A DNA stretch of 64,000 nt from Patescibacteria group bacterium. Its GTDB lineage: Bacteria > Patescibacteriota > Minisyncoccia > Minisyncoccales > JAHCRE01. Below are positions 39,545 to 49,288 of the stretch, one piece after another; the stretch's first letter is position 1, and each line of letters opens with the position of its first letter. Made by a program: the position numbers and the translations under genes. Below the pieces are notes generated by a model. That model saw nothing but the letters and a program-made list of their open reading frames with translations, was not told the DNA's origin and searched no databases. Where the stretch lies: positions 2,538 to 66,537 of the forward strand of contig JAHCRE010000021.1 of NCBI GenBank assembly GCA_020148145.1, read 5' to 3'.

Positions 39545-40423
39545 ATGAATTCAATTAATTTAGGAAAAGGACAGTCTTTAATTGAACTTATTATTGCTAT
39601 AGGAATTTTTATAACAGTGATCAGTGGCTTAGCTTTTTTTGTACTTAATAGTTATCTCTCTGGCCTTTTGGCTTCGGAAATAACAATGGCAAATTTTTTG
39701 GCCGAGGAAGGAATAGAGGCAGCAAGGTCAATCAGAGATAATTCTTGGGACGATCTTTTAATTGGAAATCATGGCTTAGCGATTTCTGGAAATCATTGGG
39801 TTTTTCAGGGAAGCCAGGAAGATATAAGTAGTGAATTAAAAGAAGGGAAAAGGATTATCACGATTAAAAGCGTTGATTCTGATAGAAAAAAAATTACTTC
39901 CAAAGTTAATTGGCAATTTAATGAAGGAAAATCTCAAGAAGTTCAATTGATTACTTATTTCACTAATTGGCAAAAAATTACCAGAGTTGAAATAAGAAAA
40001 CCAACTGCCCATACTGATTCTGCTGGAAGAACCACTAGAGACTCTAATGCTTATGACTATCCAGATGGAACTACCTATGCTACTACTCACTATGATGCTA
40101 CAGCTGATCCCTCAATTACATTTCATACCTGGCAATTAGCAACTCAGAGTTATACCTCTTTGGTTTTGAAATATCGCTATCATGCTCAGGCAGCAGGAGA
40201 TGACAGGTATGCCATTACCTATTCTACAACTGGTTGTAGTGGGACTTTTACTGATTTGGTTTCTCCAACCTCGGCCGGTGCCTCTGATACTATCATTTCG
40301 GTTAATCTCTCTCCTTCCCAGGATTTATCCCAACTCTGTCTAAAAATTTATTCCATAAGAACCGGACAGGCTGACCATAGAAGGCTCTACACCAGAGATG
40401 TCTGGGCTGAGGGTATCTATTAA
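39545..40423 (+). CDS. Minor pilin/pseudopilin-like protein
   Basis: GKGQSLIELIIAIGIFITVISG prepilin-like N-terminus. The start could also be TTG 39539. Confidence 0.6.
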   Translation: MNSINLGKGQSLIELIIAIGIFITVISGLAFFVLNSYLSGLLASEITMANFLAEEGIEAARSIRDNSWDDLLIGNHGLAISGNHWVFQGSQEDISSELKEGKRIITIKSVDSDRKKITSKVNWQFNEGKSQEVQLITYFTNWQKITRVEIRKPTAHTDSAGRTTRDSNAYDYPDGTTYATTHYDATADPSITFHTWQLATQSYTSLVLKYRYHAQAAGDDRYAITYSTTGCSGTFTDLVSPTSAGASDTIISVNLSPSQDLSQLCLKIYSIRTGQADHRRLYTRDVWAEGIY

Positions 40424-40426
40424 TCT

Positions 40427-40942
40427 ATGAGAAATCAAGGATTTACCTTAATTGAATTTATAATTTATATTTCAATTGTTGTTGGGATTTTAGTTTTAAT
40501 GACTGGATTTTTATGGAATATTATTTTTGGTAACATCAAGGAAACTTCCTATCAGGAAGTTCAACAGAACGGTCGATTTGTTTTAACAAAAATAATCCAG
40601 GAAATAAAAAAAGCCACAGGTATTAATAATCCCTTACCGGGCGAATTAGCTAATTCTCTTTCTTTGGCCATGTCCGATTCTAATTTTGACCCAACAATAT
40701 TTGATCTTTTTCAGGGAAAGCTGAGGATCGCTCAAGGGATTGGTAATTCTTATGAATTAACTACAGATCGGGTAATTGTAACTGATCTCCGATTTACCAA
40801 TCTCTCTTACGAAAATACCCCAGGAACAATCAGAATAGAAATGACAATTGAGCATTCAAATCCTGCTAATCTAATCGAATACCAGGCCTCAACTAATCTA
40901 AAATCAACAGTTTCTTTGGTCCCTGGTGGAGCTGCCCCTTAA
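40427..40942 (+). CDS. Minor pilin/pseudopilin
   Basis: MRNQGFTLIEFIIYISIVVGILVL prepilin motif. Confidence 0.7.
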   Translation: MRNQGFTLIEFIIYISIVVGILVLMTGFLWNIIFGNIKETSYQEVQQNGRFVLTKIIQEIKKATGINNPLPGELANSLSLAMSDSNFDPTIFDLFQGKLRIAQGIGNSYELTTDRVIVTDLRFTNLSYENTPGTIRIEMTIEHSNPANLIEYQASTNLKSTVSLVPGGAAP

Positions 40943-40943
40943 T

Positions 40944-41372
40944 ATGAAATTAAATTTTATTAAAAAGAATCTTTCAGAGAGTCGCTGGCAACAAGAGCAA
41001 TCAGGCTTTATTGCCCTGATGACAGTTTTAATAATTTTTGCTGTCGCTCTATTGGTTGGTTTAAGCGTTAGCTTACTTAGTATTAGCGAGGCTACAATGG
41101 GATTTAAAAAAACTCAGTCTTCCCAGGCTTATTTCTTGGCCAATCTTTGTGCCGAGCAGGCGCTGGTGAAATTAAAAGAAAATATTAATTATTCTGGAAA
41201 TGAAACAATTGACATAGAAGGGGGTAATTGTCAAATTTTGCCAATTGAAGGGAATTGGAGTATAAAGGTTTTAGGAAGTTTCCAAAATCAAACAAAAAAG
41301 ATAAAAATTGAAATTTCTCAAATTAATCCAGAGATGATAATTTCTTCCTGGCAGGAAGTAGCAGATTTTTAA
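40944..41372 (+). CDS. PilX-like pilus assembly protein
   Basis: QSGFIALMTVLIIFAVALLVGLSV hydrophobic N-terminus. The ATG at 40944 follows the upstream stop; the track starts at GTG 40926. Confidence 0.5.
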   Translation: MKLNFIKKNLSESRWQQEQSGFIALMTVLIIFAVALLVGLSVSLLSISEATMGFKKTQSSQAYFLANLCAEQALVKLKENINYSGNETIDIEGGNCQILPIEGNWSIKVLGSFQNQTKKIKIEISQINPEMIISSWQEVADF

Positions 41373-41373
41373 T

Positions 41374-42447
41374 ATGCTTAATCTTTTTCAAAAACCCTTT
41401 GGTTTAGATATCTCTGATTATTCAATAGAGGTGATTTCTCTTGGCGGTTCAATAAAAAATCCCAAGCTTCAAGCCATGGGAAGAAAAATTTTAACTCCAG
41501 GAATTTTTAAGGATGGAAAAATTTTAAATAAAGAAGATCTAAAAAAAATTCTTAAAAATCTAATCCCCAGTCCTCAATTTGGAAAAATAAAAACAAAAAA
41601 ATTAATTTTTTCTATACCTGAATCCAAAAGTTTTATTCATATTCTTGAACTCCCAAAAGATTTAAAAAAACCAGAAATTTTAAAATTTATAAAATCCCAA
41701 GCCAGCCAGACCCTCCCCTTTTCTCTAACTGAACTTTATTTTGATTTTCAGATTAAAAATTTTGAAGTTCTCTTAGTGGCTGCTCCCAAAAATATTGTCA
41801 ATGATTATTTAGAGGTATTTAAATCTTGTCAGCTTCGACCGATAGCCTTGGAGGTTGAGTCAATGAGTTTAGCCCGGGCCTTAATCAAAGAAGAAAAGGA
41901 AATAATCCTAATTGCCGATATTGGTACTAGGATGACAAATTTCAGCCTTTTTGATAAAAAAAGATTGAGATTGAGTATTTCTATTCCTGTTGCCGGAAAT
42001 AAATTCAGCCAGGCAATTTCAGAAGAATTAAAAATTCCTCTTAAAGAAGCTGAAGATCTTAAAAGAAAGGTTGGTTTAAATCCAGAGATTAAAGAGGGAA
42101 GAATTTTTTTAATTTTGCAAAAAGAAATTCAAAAAATAATTAAGGAGATAAAAAATATTGAGAAATATTTTCAAAGAAAAGAAAAAAAGACTATTAAAAA
42201 AATAATTCTCGCTGGTGGTTCAACCGCTTTACCAAATATTTTAGAATATCTATCTGAAAATTTAGAAAAAGAAGTTATAATTCCTGATCCTTGGGTAAAG
42301 ATAAATATCGATATTTTAAAGAAAAAAAAATATTTTAAAGAAACCCTAAAGATTAACCAAATTTTTTACTCCACTGTTATTGGCTTGGCTTTGCGGGGAT
42401 TAGCTAAAAATCCCAAAAAAACTGGAATTAACCTAATTGGTAAGTAG
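41374..42447 (+). CDS. pilM: Type IV pilus assembly protein PilM (actin-like ATPase)
   Basis: FGLDISDYSIEVISL N-terminus, ...ILAGGSTALPNI..., and position in the pilus locus. Confidence 0.8.
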   Translation: MLNLFQKPFGLDISDYSIEVISLGGSIKNPKLQAMGRKILTPGIFKDGKILNKEDLKKILKNLIPSPQFGKIKTKKLIFSIPESKSFIHILELPKDLKKPEILKFIKSQASQTLPFSLTELYFDFQIKNFEVLLVAAPKNIVNDYLEVFKSCQLRPIALEVESMSLARALIKEEKEIILIADIGTRMTNFSLFDKKRLRLSISIPVAGNKFSQAISEELKIPLKEAEDLKRKVGLNPEIKEGRIFLILQKEIQKIIKEIKNIEKYFQRKEKKTIKKIILAGGSTALPNILEYLSENLEKEVIIPDPWVKINIDILKKKKYFKETLKINQIFYSTVIGLALRGLAKNPKKTGINLIGK

Positions 42448-42532
42448 TTTTCCACAGGTTTTCTATTTTATTTTGTGTTATATTAAAAATAATAAAGGTC
42501 GAGTTTATAAACTCTAAACTTTAAATTTTAAA

Positions 42533-43021
42533 ATGTTAAAAACTAAAGGGTTTACTCTAATTGAACTTTTAATAGTTATTGGAATTGTGATGATTTTAAT
42601 GGCAACTGCCCTGATAGCAATTAACCCTTTTAGACAATTTGCCATGGCTAATGATGCCAATAGGTGGAGTGGGGTAACTACCACTATGAATGCTGTTTCT
42701 CAGGCGATGGTAGATGGACGCGGGGCTTTTAATTGTACTCCGGCCGGTGCAGCTGTTACCGATTGTCCTGCGACCGGCGATACCATTCCTACCTCTGCCA
42801 CAAATATGGCTGATCCAACTTCTGACCCTACAGGCTATGATATTTGTAACTGTATTGTTGATACTTATGTAGCAACTATGCCCTATGACCCTCAGAATGG
42901 AGGCTATACAGATTGTTTAACTTATGATACCGACTATAATATTTCCTGTAATACAGCTAATGGGAGAATTACCATTGAAGCTCCCGATGCTCAGCTTGAA
43001 ACAATCAGTATAACTCGCTAA
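42533..43021 (+). CDS. Type IV major pilin candidate, paralog 1
   Basis: MLKTKG/FTLIELLIVIGIVMILMA; C-terminal variable Cys-containing domain. Confidence 0.8.
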   Translation: MLKTKGFTLIELLIVIGIVMILMATALIAINPFRQFAMANDANRWSGVTTTMNAVSQAMVDGRGAFNCTPAGAAVTDCPATGDTIPTSATNMADPTSDPTGYDICNCIVDTYVATMPYDPQNGGYTDCLTYDTDYNISCNTANGRITIEAPDAQLETISITR

Positions 43022-43107
43022 ATAGTCGAGAGATAAATAAAACTTACTGCTCCAGAATTAGGTAAGAAATTTTATATAAAAGATCGAAGATATAAAAATC
43101 TAAAATT

Positions 43108-43608
43108 ATGGAGGTTCTAAAAACTAAAAAAGGCGGGTTTACTCTAATTGAACTTTTAATAGTTATTGGAATTATTGTGATTTTAATGGCAGCTACCTTG
43201 GTAGCAATTAATCCTTTCAGGCAGTTTGCCATAGCTAATAATGGAAATAGATGGAGTGGAGTAAATACCATTTTGAATGCCGTCTCTCAAAGGGTGGTGG
43301 ATAATCAAGGACGCTTTGCTTACAATGAACCAAATTTCGCTATAACTGATTGTCCAGCTACTGGAGATGATGTTCCCGCTGTTGCAACAGCCATAGGTTC
43401 AGCTGGCGGTCAATATGATTGTTGTACTGCTCTTGCCCCTACCTATACAGCAGCCCTGCCTTATGACCCTCAGTTTGGAAGCTTTGGCACTACTTGTGCT
43501 GATCCTTATGATACTGACTACAGTATTTCCTGTGACTCAGCTACTGGTAGAATTACTGTTTGTGCCTTAGATTCCCAACTTGGCGAGACAATCTGTGTAA
43601 CTCGCTAA
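43108..43608 (+). CDS. Type IV major pilin candidate, paralog 2
   Basis: MEVLKTKKGG/FTLIELLIVIGIIVILMA. Shares a 39-nt identical stretch (43135-43173 = 42548-42586) with paralog 1, then diverges. Confidence 0.8.
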   Translation: MEVLKTKKGGFTLIELLIVIGIIVILMAATLVAINPFRQFAIANNGNRWSGVNTILNAVSQRVVDNQGRFAYNEPNFAITDCPATGDDVPAVATAIGSAGGQYDCCTALAPTYTAALPYDPQFGSFGTTCADPYDTDYSISCDSATGRITVCALDSQLGETICVTR

Positions 43609-43664
43609 ATAATTAATTAAAAAACTTATTTTCAGAATTTAGACTAACTTGTTTTAATCTATTG

Positions 43665-43716
43665 ACGGTAAAAGGTACCAAAATGAATTTAATTTTACCT
43701 TTGACCGTTTTTTTAT
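43665..43716 (+). terminator. Terminator-like long hairpin after the pilin genes
   Basis: ACGGTaAAAGGTA ... TACCTTTgACCGT followed by TTTTTTT. Confidence 0.55.
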
Positions 43717-43875
43717 TACCGAAGAATTTGAGATTACCTTATAACAAACCCCACTTGATATATAACAATACCTGCATTATAATTCAAACTAGTAATAACT
43801 AATTAACAATTAGCATTAGAGAGAAAACCTTTTAAGGATTAAAGGTTTTCTTCAATGTTTTTTGTTCACTAACTT

Positions 43876-44421
43876 ATGGTTATTTTCTGGATTATTTTAG
43901 CCATTATCATTTTCTGGTTAATTTCTACCTACAATCGTTTGATTACTTTTAGAAATCGGGCCAAAGAGGCCTGGGCAGATATCGATGTCCAGTTAAGGAG
44001 AAGATACGATTTAATTCCTAATTTAGTTGAGACAGTTAAGGGCTATGCCGCTCATGAGAAAGAAGTTTTTGAAAAAGTAACCGAAGCCAGAACTCGGGCA
44101 ATGGGGGCTAAAGCAATGAAGGAGAAGGGAGAGGCTGAAAATTACCTTTCCCAGACCTTAAAAACCCTTTTTGCTGTAGCCGAAAATTATCCTCAATTGA
44201 GAGCTTCTGAGAATTTTTTAGAATTACAACGAGAAATTCGGGATACCGAAGACAAAATTCAGGCTGCCAGGAGATTTTATAATACAAATGTCAGGGATTT
44301 AAATATCAAGATAGAAAGTTTTCCCTCAAACATTGTTGCTAAAATTTTCAATTTTGAAAGAAAGGAATTTTTCGAAATTGAAGAAGCAGCTCCTAGAGAA
44401 CCAGTTACTGTGAAGTTTTAA
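43876..44421 (+). CDS. lemA: LemA family protein
   Basis: N-terminal TM helix, then YNRLI..RN...AWADIDVQLRRR.DLIPNLVETVKGYA.HE. Confidence 0.88.
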   Translation: MVIFWIILAIIIFWLISTYNRLITFRNRAKEAWADIDVQLRRRYDLIPNLVETVKGYAAHEKEVFEKVTEARTRAMGAKAMKEKGEAENYLSQTLKTLFAVAENYPQLRASENFLELQREIRDTEDKIQAARRFYNTNVRDLNIKIESFPSNIVAKIFNFERKEFFEIEEAAPREPVTVKF

Positions 44422-44426
44422 TTTTA

Positions 44427-45323
44427 ATGACCTTATATACTCAGGCTGAAAAAAATATTAAGAAAACCTGGCTGTATTTGAGTTTCTTTTGTCTTTTGGT
44501 CATTGGAATTGGTTGGTTAATTTCCTATTCTTTACAGAGCCCAGTAATTTTTTGGATTGCATTGGTTTTCGGCATTTTTACGAACCTTTTTTCTTATTGG
44601 TACTCTGACAAGATTGTTTTGGCAATGGCTAGGGCCAAACTGATTGAAAAAAAGGACAACCCTGAACTATATCGAATTGTTGAGAACCTTTGTATTACCG
44701 CCGGCTTGCCTTTACCTGAAATTTATATTATTAATGAACCACAGCCAAATGCCTTTACTACTGGAAGAAACCCAGCCCATGCCGTCATAGTAGTAACCCA
44801 GGGATTATTGAATAAACTTGAGAGGGTGGAATTAGAGGGGGTGATTTCTCATGAATTAGCTCATATTGGTAATAAGGATATGCTATTGGCGACAATTGTT
44901 GTTATTTTAGTTGGAATAGTAGTTCTAATGACTGATTTTTTCTTCAGGATAAGTTTTTGGGGGAGGTCAAGAGATAGAAGAAAAAGAGGAGAAGGAGGTC
45001 TCATCATGATAATTGCTTTAATTCTAGCTGTTTTTGCTCCCCTTTTGGCAACTTTAATAAAACTGGCTATTTCCAGAAAAAGGGAATTCTTAGCAGATGC
45101 AGCCGGAGCTCTTTTAACAAGATATCCTGATGGATTGGCCAGGGCTTTAGAGAAAATTTCAAGAGACCCGACACCATTAAGGGTGGCCAATGATGCAACT
45201 TCTCATCTTTATATAATTAATCCTTTTCGGGGCAGGGAGCAAAAATCCTGGCTCCACCGTTTGTTTATGACCCATCCCCCAGTTGAAGAAAGAATAAGAG
45301 CCCTTAGAGGTATGAAAATATAA
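44427..45323 (+). CDS. htpX: M48 family zinc metalloprotease HtpX-like
   Basis: HELAHIGN zinc motif, four TM segments, C-terminal THPP.EERI. Confidence 0.88.
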   Translation: MTLYTQAEKNIKKTWLYLSFFCLLVIGIGWLISYSLQSPVIFWIALVFGIFTNLFSYWYSDKIVLAMARAKLIEKKDNPELYRIVENLCITAGLPLPEIYIINEPQPNAFTTGRNPAHAVIVVTQGLLNKLERVELEGVISHELAHIGNKDMLLATIVVILVGIVVLMTDFFFRISFWGRSRDRRKRGEGGLIMIIALILAVFAPLLATLIKLAISRKREFLADAAGALLTRYPDGLARALEKISRDPTPLRVANDATSHLYIINPFRGREQKSWLHRLFMTHPPVEERIRALRGMKI

Positions 45324-45327
45324 AACC

Positions 45328-45858
45328 ATGCTCTGTCCTATTTGTAAAAAAGATTTAGAAAAAGCAATTTTTTATAATATCGAGATAGATTTCTGCCCCA
45401 AGTGCCTTGGTATTTGGTTTGAGGAAGAAGAATTAAGGTGGGTTAAAGATGAAAAAGATGAAGGATTAATTTGGTTAGATATTGATCTTTGGAAAAATAG
45501 TAAAAAATTTAAAATTTATCCAGGTATAAGGCTTTGTCCTTTCTGTAGGTTTCCTCTTTACGAAGTATATTATGGTGATTCCCGGGTCATTGTTGATGTT
45601 TGTAATTTGTGTCATGGAATTTGGTTGGATAGGGGAGAATTTAAAAGAACAATTGAATATTTAAAAGAAAAAGCAGATTATGAGACCTTAAATCATTACG
45701 CCAAAAATTTACTGAAAGAAGCAACGGAAATACTCATTGGCCCGGAAACTCTAAGAGAAGAAATTTTAGATTTTCTAGCAATCTTGAAAATTTTAAATTA
45801 TAAATTTGTTACCCAATATCCAACAATAACAAAGATAATTTCTAATTTACCCCGTTAG
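45328..45858 (+). CDS. Zinc-ribbon (zf-TFIIB-like) domain protein
   Basis: Two CPxC...CPKC/CxLCHGIWLD units (C.IC...FC.KC.GIWF..EEL). Confidence 0.55.
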   Translation: MLCPICKKDLEKAIFYNIEIDFCPKCLGIWFEEEELRWVKDEKDEGLIWLDIDLWKNSKKFKIYPGIRLCPFCRFPLYEVYYGDSRVIVDVCNLCHGIWLDRGEFKRTIEYLKEKADYETLNHYAKNLLKEATEILIGPETLREEILDFLAILKILNYKFVTQYPTITKIISNLPR

Positions 45859-45928
45859 AAATTTAGGAGAGAATAAACTAAAAGAAGTATCCCATTGAAA
45901 TCTCTAACGGGGTTTACCTAAATAAAAA

Positions 45929-46013
45929 GGAGAGGTGCGCCGAATGGTAAGGCACTGGTTTGGAGAACCAGCGGGTAGAAATTCCCTTGCAGGTTCGAGT
46001 CCTGTCCTCTCCG
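45929..46013 (+). tRNA. tRNA-Ser (anticodon GGA), class II
   Basis: GGAGAGG...CTGGT-TTGGAGA-ACCAG-long variable arm-GCAGG-TTCGAGT-CCTGT-CCTCTCC-G. Confidence 0.9.
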
Positions 46014-46083
46014 TAAAAGAAGTTATTAAAAAAATTGTGAGGTAATAAGCTTTTAAAAGGAAATAAATTAAAATAATAGAATT

Positions 46084-47592
46084 ATGCCAGATTCAATTGC
46101 TGAAAAAATTACTCTTTTTAAAAAACCTCTAAAGGTCCTTTTTGTAGTTGCTGAAGTTTATCCCTATGCCTCAGTTGGGGGATTGGGGATGGTAGTTTTT
46201 TCTTTATCTCGAGCTCTTAAAAAAATGGGATTAGATGTCCGAATCTTTATGCCAAAATATGGCTTAATTGATAAAGAAAAATATCAGCTAAAGATGATTT
46301 CTAAAGGATTAAAAGTTCCAACTGATGAAGAAGCAGAAGGAAAAAATTTTTTAATTTGTAATATCAAAAGATATTCACCCCCTATACCTGATGTTCCAAT
46401 TTATTTTTTAGAAAATATGGAATATTACGAAAAGAGATCTAATGTTTATGGCTATTCTGATGATCCGATTCGTTTTACTCTTTTATCCCGGGGGGCCTTA
46501 GAATTTTTACGTCAATCAGACTGGGTTCCTGATATCATCAATTGTGCTGACTGGCACACTGGTGCTTTACCAAATTATTTAAAAACTGTTTATAGTAATG
46601 ACTCTGTTTTGGCAAAGATTAAGACAATTTTTTCAATTCACAATCTTGCTCATCAGGGAGTTTTCGATCACCGCTTTGTTTCGGAGTTAGACCTTGATGA
46701 TGGAAAATCCCCCATTTCCCCCTTTTTTTCAGAAAGACTTTTAAAACAAAATTTCATGAAAAGAGGAATTATTTCTTCTGATTTGGTAAATACCGTTTCT
46801 GAGACCTATGCTCGAGAAATTTTGACACCAGAATATGGTGAAAAATTAGAGGACCTTTTAAAAGAAGTTAGGACAAAGATTTTCGGGATTTTAAATGGTT
46901 TGGATTACCGGGAATTAAATCCTGCCACTGACAAATTAATATCATTTAATTTTAATACCTCAAGTCTTAAAAAAAGAGTTGAAAATAAAATCCATCTTCA
47001 AAAAGAATTTAATTTAGAGATTTCTCAGGATACCCCAGTTTTAGGGATGGTCACAAGACTAGATGAGCAAAAAGGGATTGATCTTTTATTCCCAATTTTG
47101 GAAATCTTACTGTCTGAATTTAAGACCCAATTTGTTATTGTCGGAGGAGGCAAAGCAAATTATCGAAGTTTTTTTGAAGAAATTAATAAAAAATTCCCAA
47201 AAAAAGTCGGTTGTCATTTAATGCCTGATTTTACTTTGGCCAGACATATTTTTGCTGGTTCAGACTTATTTTTAGTGCCATCTAAATTTGAACCCTGTGG
47301 CATTACCCAGATGGAGACGATGAGATATGGAGCGATACCAGTTGTTAGAAAAACAGGTGGTTTGGCTGATACCGTTGAAGATTTTGATCCCAAAAAAAAT
47401 TCGGGAACCGGTTTTGTTTTTGAGAAATTTAATTCTTATGCCCTTTTTGCCTCAATTATCCGAGGTTTAGAAACTTACAAATACAAAAAAATCTGGCAGA
47501 GTTTGCAAAAGAGAGTAATGAGGGCTGATTTTTCCTGGGGAACCTCAGCTAAGAAATATTACAATCTTTACAAAAGAGCAATCTCTTTATGA
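46084..47592 (+). CDS. glgA: Glycogen/starch synthase (GT5), paralog 1
   Basis: FVVAEVYPYASVGGLGMVV, ...HNLAHQG..., PSKFEPCGITQMETMRYG. Confidence 0.85.
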   Translation: MPDSIAEKITLFKKPLKVLFVVAEVYPYASVGGLGMVVFSLSRALKKMGLDVRIFMPKYGLIDKEKYQLKMISKGLKVPTDEEAEGKNFLICNIKRYSPPIPDVPIYFLENMEYYEKRSNVYGYSDDPIRFTLLSRGALEFLRQSDWVPDIINCADWHTGALPNYLKTVYSNDSVLAKIKTIFSIHNLAHQGVFDHRFVSELDLDDGKSPISPFFSERLLKQNFMKRGIISSDLVNTVSETYAREILTPEYGEKLEDLLKEVRTKIFGILNGLDYRELNPATDKLISFNFNTSSLKKRVENKIHLQKEFNLEISQDTPVLGMVTRLDEQKGIDLLFPILEILLSEFKTQFVIVGGGKANYRSFFEEINKKFPKKVGCHLMPDFTLARHIFAGSDLFLVPSKFEPCGITQMETMRYGAIPVVRKTGGLADTVEDFDPKKNSGTGFVFEKFNSYALFASIIRGLETYKYKKIWQSLQKRVMRADFSWGTSAKKYYNLYKRAISL

Positions 47593-49076
47593 TCTGGGCA
47601 AATTTTTTACATATTTATCAGCCGCCGCGTCAAGTTACAGAAATTTTTGATCGAGTAGTTAATGAAAGCTATCGTCCTCTGATCGAGAGTTTTAAACAGA
47701 ATCCTGAAATTAAAATTAATCTTAATATTAATGGCTCTCTATCAGAGCAGCTTTTGGAAAGAGGTTATGAAGATGTGATTGAGGGGTTGCGATTTGTTGC
47801 TGAACGTGGCCAGATAGAATTTACTGATAGTGCCAAGTATCATGCCTTATTGCCGCTTTTACCAGAAGACGAAATTAGGAGACAGATCATATTAAACCGA
47901 CAAACCAATCAAGAGATTTTTGGGTCGGTTTATAAACCTGCAGGATTTTTTCCTTCTGAAATGGCTTACGCTCCAAATTTACCTGCGATTTTGGAAAATT
48001 TAGGTTACAAATGGATAATTATCGATGAAATTGGTCTAAATGGAAAGGTCAATCAAGTAGACACAAAAATTATTTACGAGATTGCTGATACCGATTTAAA
48101 AGTTTTCTTTAGAGAACGCAATCCTTCGAATTTAATTATGAGTGCTTTAGTTAGACGGGAGCAAGATTTTCAAGAAATTATGAAAGATGAATATATTAGG
48201 GAAGGTTATATGGTTACTGGTATGGACGGAGAAACCTTTGGACATCATCGCCCAGGATTACTCAAGCTATTGATTGGGCTTTTAACTTCGAAAGATTTTG
48301 ATCACGCATTTATTTCCGAATTACCCAAATTTTTCAAAGCTCGAGAAGAAATTTCACCAGTGACTTCAACTTGGGCATCTACCGAAAAGGATATTAAAAA
48401 TGGGGTTCAATTTTTAACTTGGAAAGATCCAGAAAACCTGGTTCATACCTGGCAATGGGAACTGCAGAGATTGGCCCTTTCTGTAGTTAAGGCCCGTGAT
48501 GAGAAAAATCCTAAAATGCAACTTAGCCGTCATAAATTAGACCAAGCTCTCGCTTCAGATCACTTTTTTTGGGCATCAGCTCGGCCATGGTGGTCGTTAG
48601 AGGTTGTGGAGGCAGGAGCTTGGGCATTATTGGATACAATTAGAAGTGTTCCAGACGTAGAAGAAGCTCAAATTAGATTAGCAGAAGACTATTATCAGAA
48701 AATTATAGCTAAGATTTTCGAGTGGCAACGCACAGGCTACATACGCAAAATTTATAAAGAATACAAAGAACATCCTAGAGTTCCTTTTAAAACTCGGACT
48801 ATCGAAAAAGGAGAACCTTGGGTTTACGATGCTTTTGTGGAGTTAATGAAAAAAGCCGTGAAGGAGGCAGCAAAGAAAGAGAATTTTGAAAAAGCGATTT
48901 TATGGAGAGACGCTATTTGGAAATTAGAAACTAAAAATGATATTTATGATGCTATTCACGCAGTAGATTTGTTAAGAAAACAGATAACTAATGCTGAGAT
49001 TTTGGATATGATCGGTAAATATCGTAAAAAATATGAGCGTTTATCATCTGGACAGCCCGAACAAAGGGGGCTTTAA
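47589..49076 (+). CDS. Glycoside hydrolase family 57-like protein with a C-terminal UVR-like motif
   Basis: N-terminus WANFLHIYQPPRQ, GMDGETFGHH block, C-terminal NFEKAILWRDAIWKLE (UvrB/C-type helix). Confidence 0.7.
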   Translation: MIWANFLHIYQPPRQVTEIFDRVVNESYRPLIESFKQNPEIKINLNINGSLSEQLLERGYEDVIEGLRFVAERGQIEFTDSAKYHALLPLLPEDEIRRQIILNRQTNQEIFGSVYKPAGFFPSEMAYAPNLPAILENLGYKWIIIDEIGLNGKVNQVDTKIIYEIADTDLKVFFRERNPSNLIMSALVRREQDFQEIMKDEYIREGYMVTGMDGETFGHHRPGLLKLLIGLLTSKDFDHAFISELPKFFKAREEISPVTSTWASTEKDIKNGVQFLTWKDPENLVHTWQWELQRLALSVVKARDEKNPKMQLSRHKLDQALASDHFFWASARPWWSLEVVEAGAWALLDTIRSVPDVEEAQIRLAEDYYQKIIAKIFEWQRTGYIRKIYKEYKEHPRVPFKTRTIEKGEPWVYDAFVELMKKAVKEAAKKENFEKAILWRDAIWKLETKNDIYDAIHAVDLLRKQITNAEILDMIGKYRKKYERLSSGQPEQRGL

Positions 49077-49093
49077 ACTCTATTTTAAAAATT

Positions 49094-49285
49094 ATGATTA
49101 AAAAAATTAGCTTACCCAAAGAGTATCAATTTTTGACTAATAAATCTTTTGTTAAAGATTTTTTTTAAAAAATATTTTTTTCAAAGTCAAAAAAATAAAA
49201 ATTCAAGAAATTAAAGAAAGTTCGGTTTTAATGGATAACGCTTTAAAAATATTTATTAATTATCAAATTAGATTAGTAAACAATA
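49094..49285 (+). pseudogene. Frameshifted, diverged duplicate of the 5' end of the downstream kinase gene
   Basis: MIKKISLPKEYQFLTNKSFVKDFF* then, shifted by one nt at a T8A6 tract, ...KIQEIKESSVLMDNALKIFINYQIRLV. Compare kinase LLDKKWVGNFFQGRF...RIKILKIFLNYQRISIRY. The nucleotide block TTAAAAATATTT.TTAA.TTATCAA is shared. Confidence 0.45.
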
Positions 49286-49288
49286 TTA

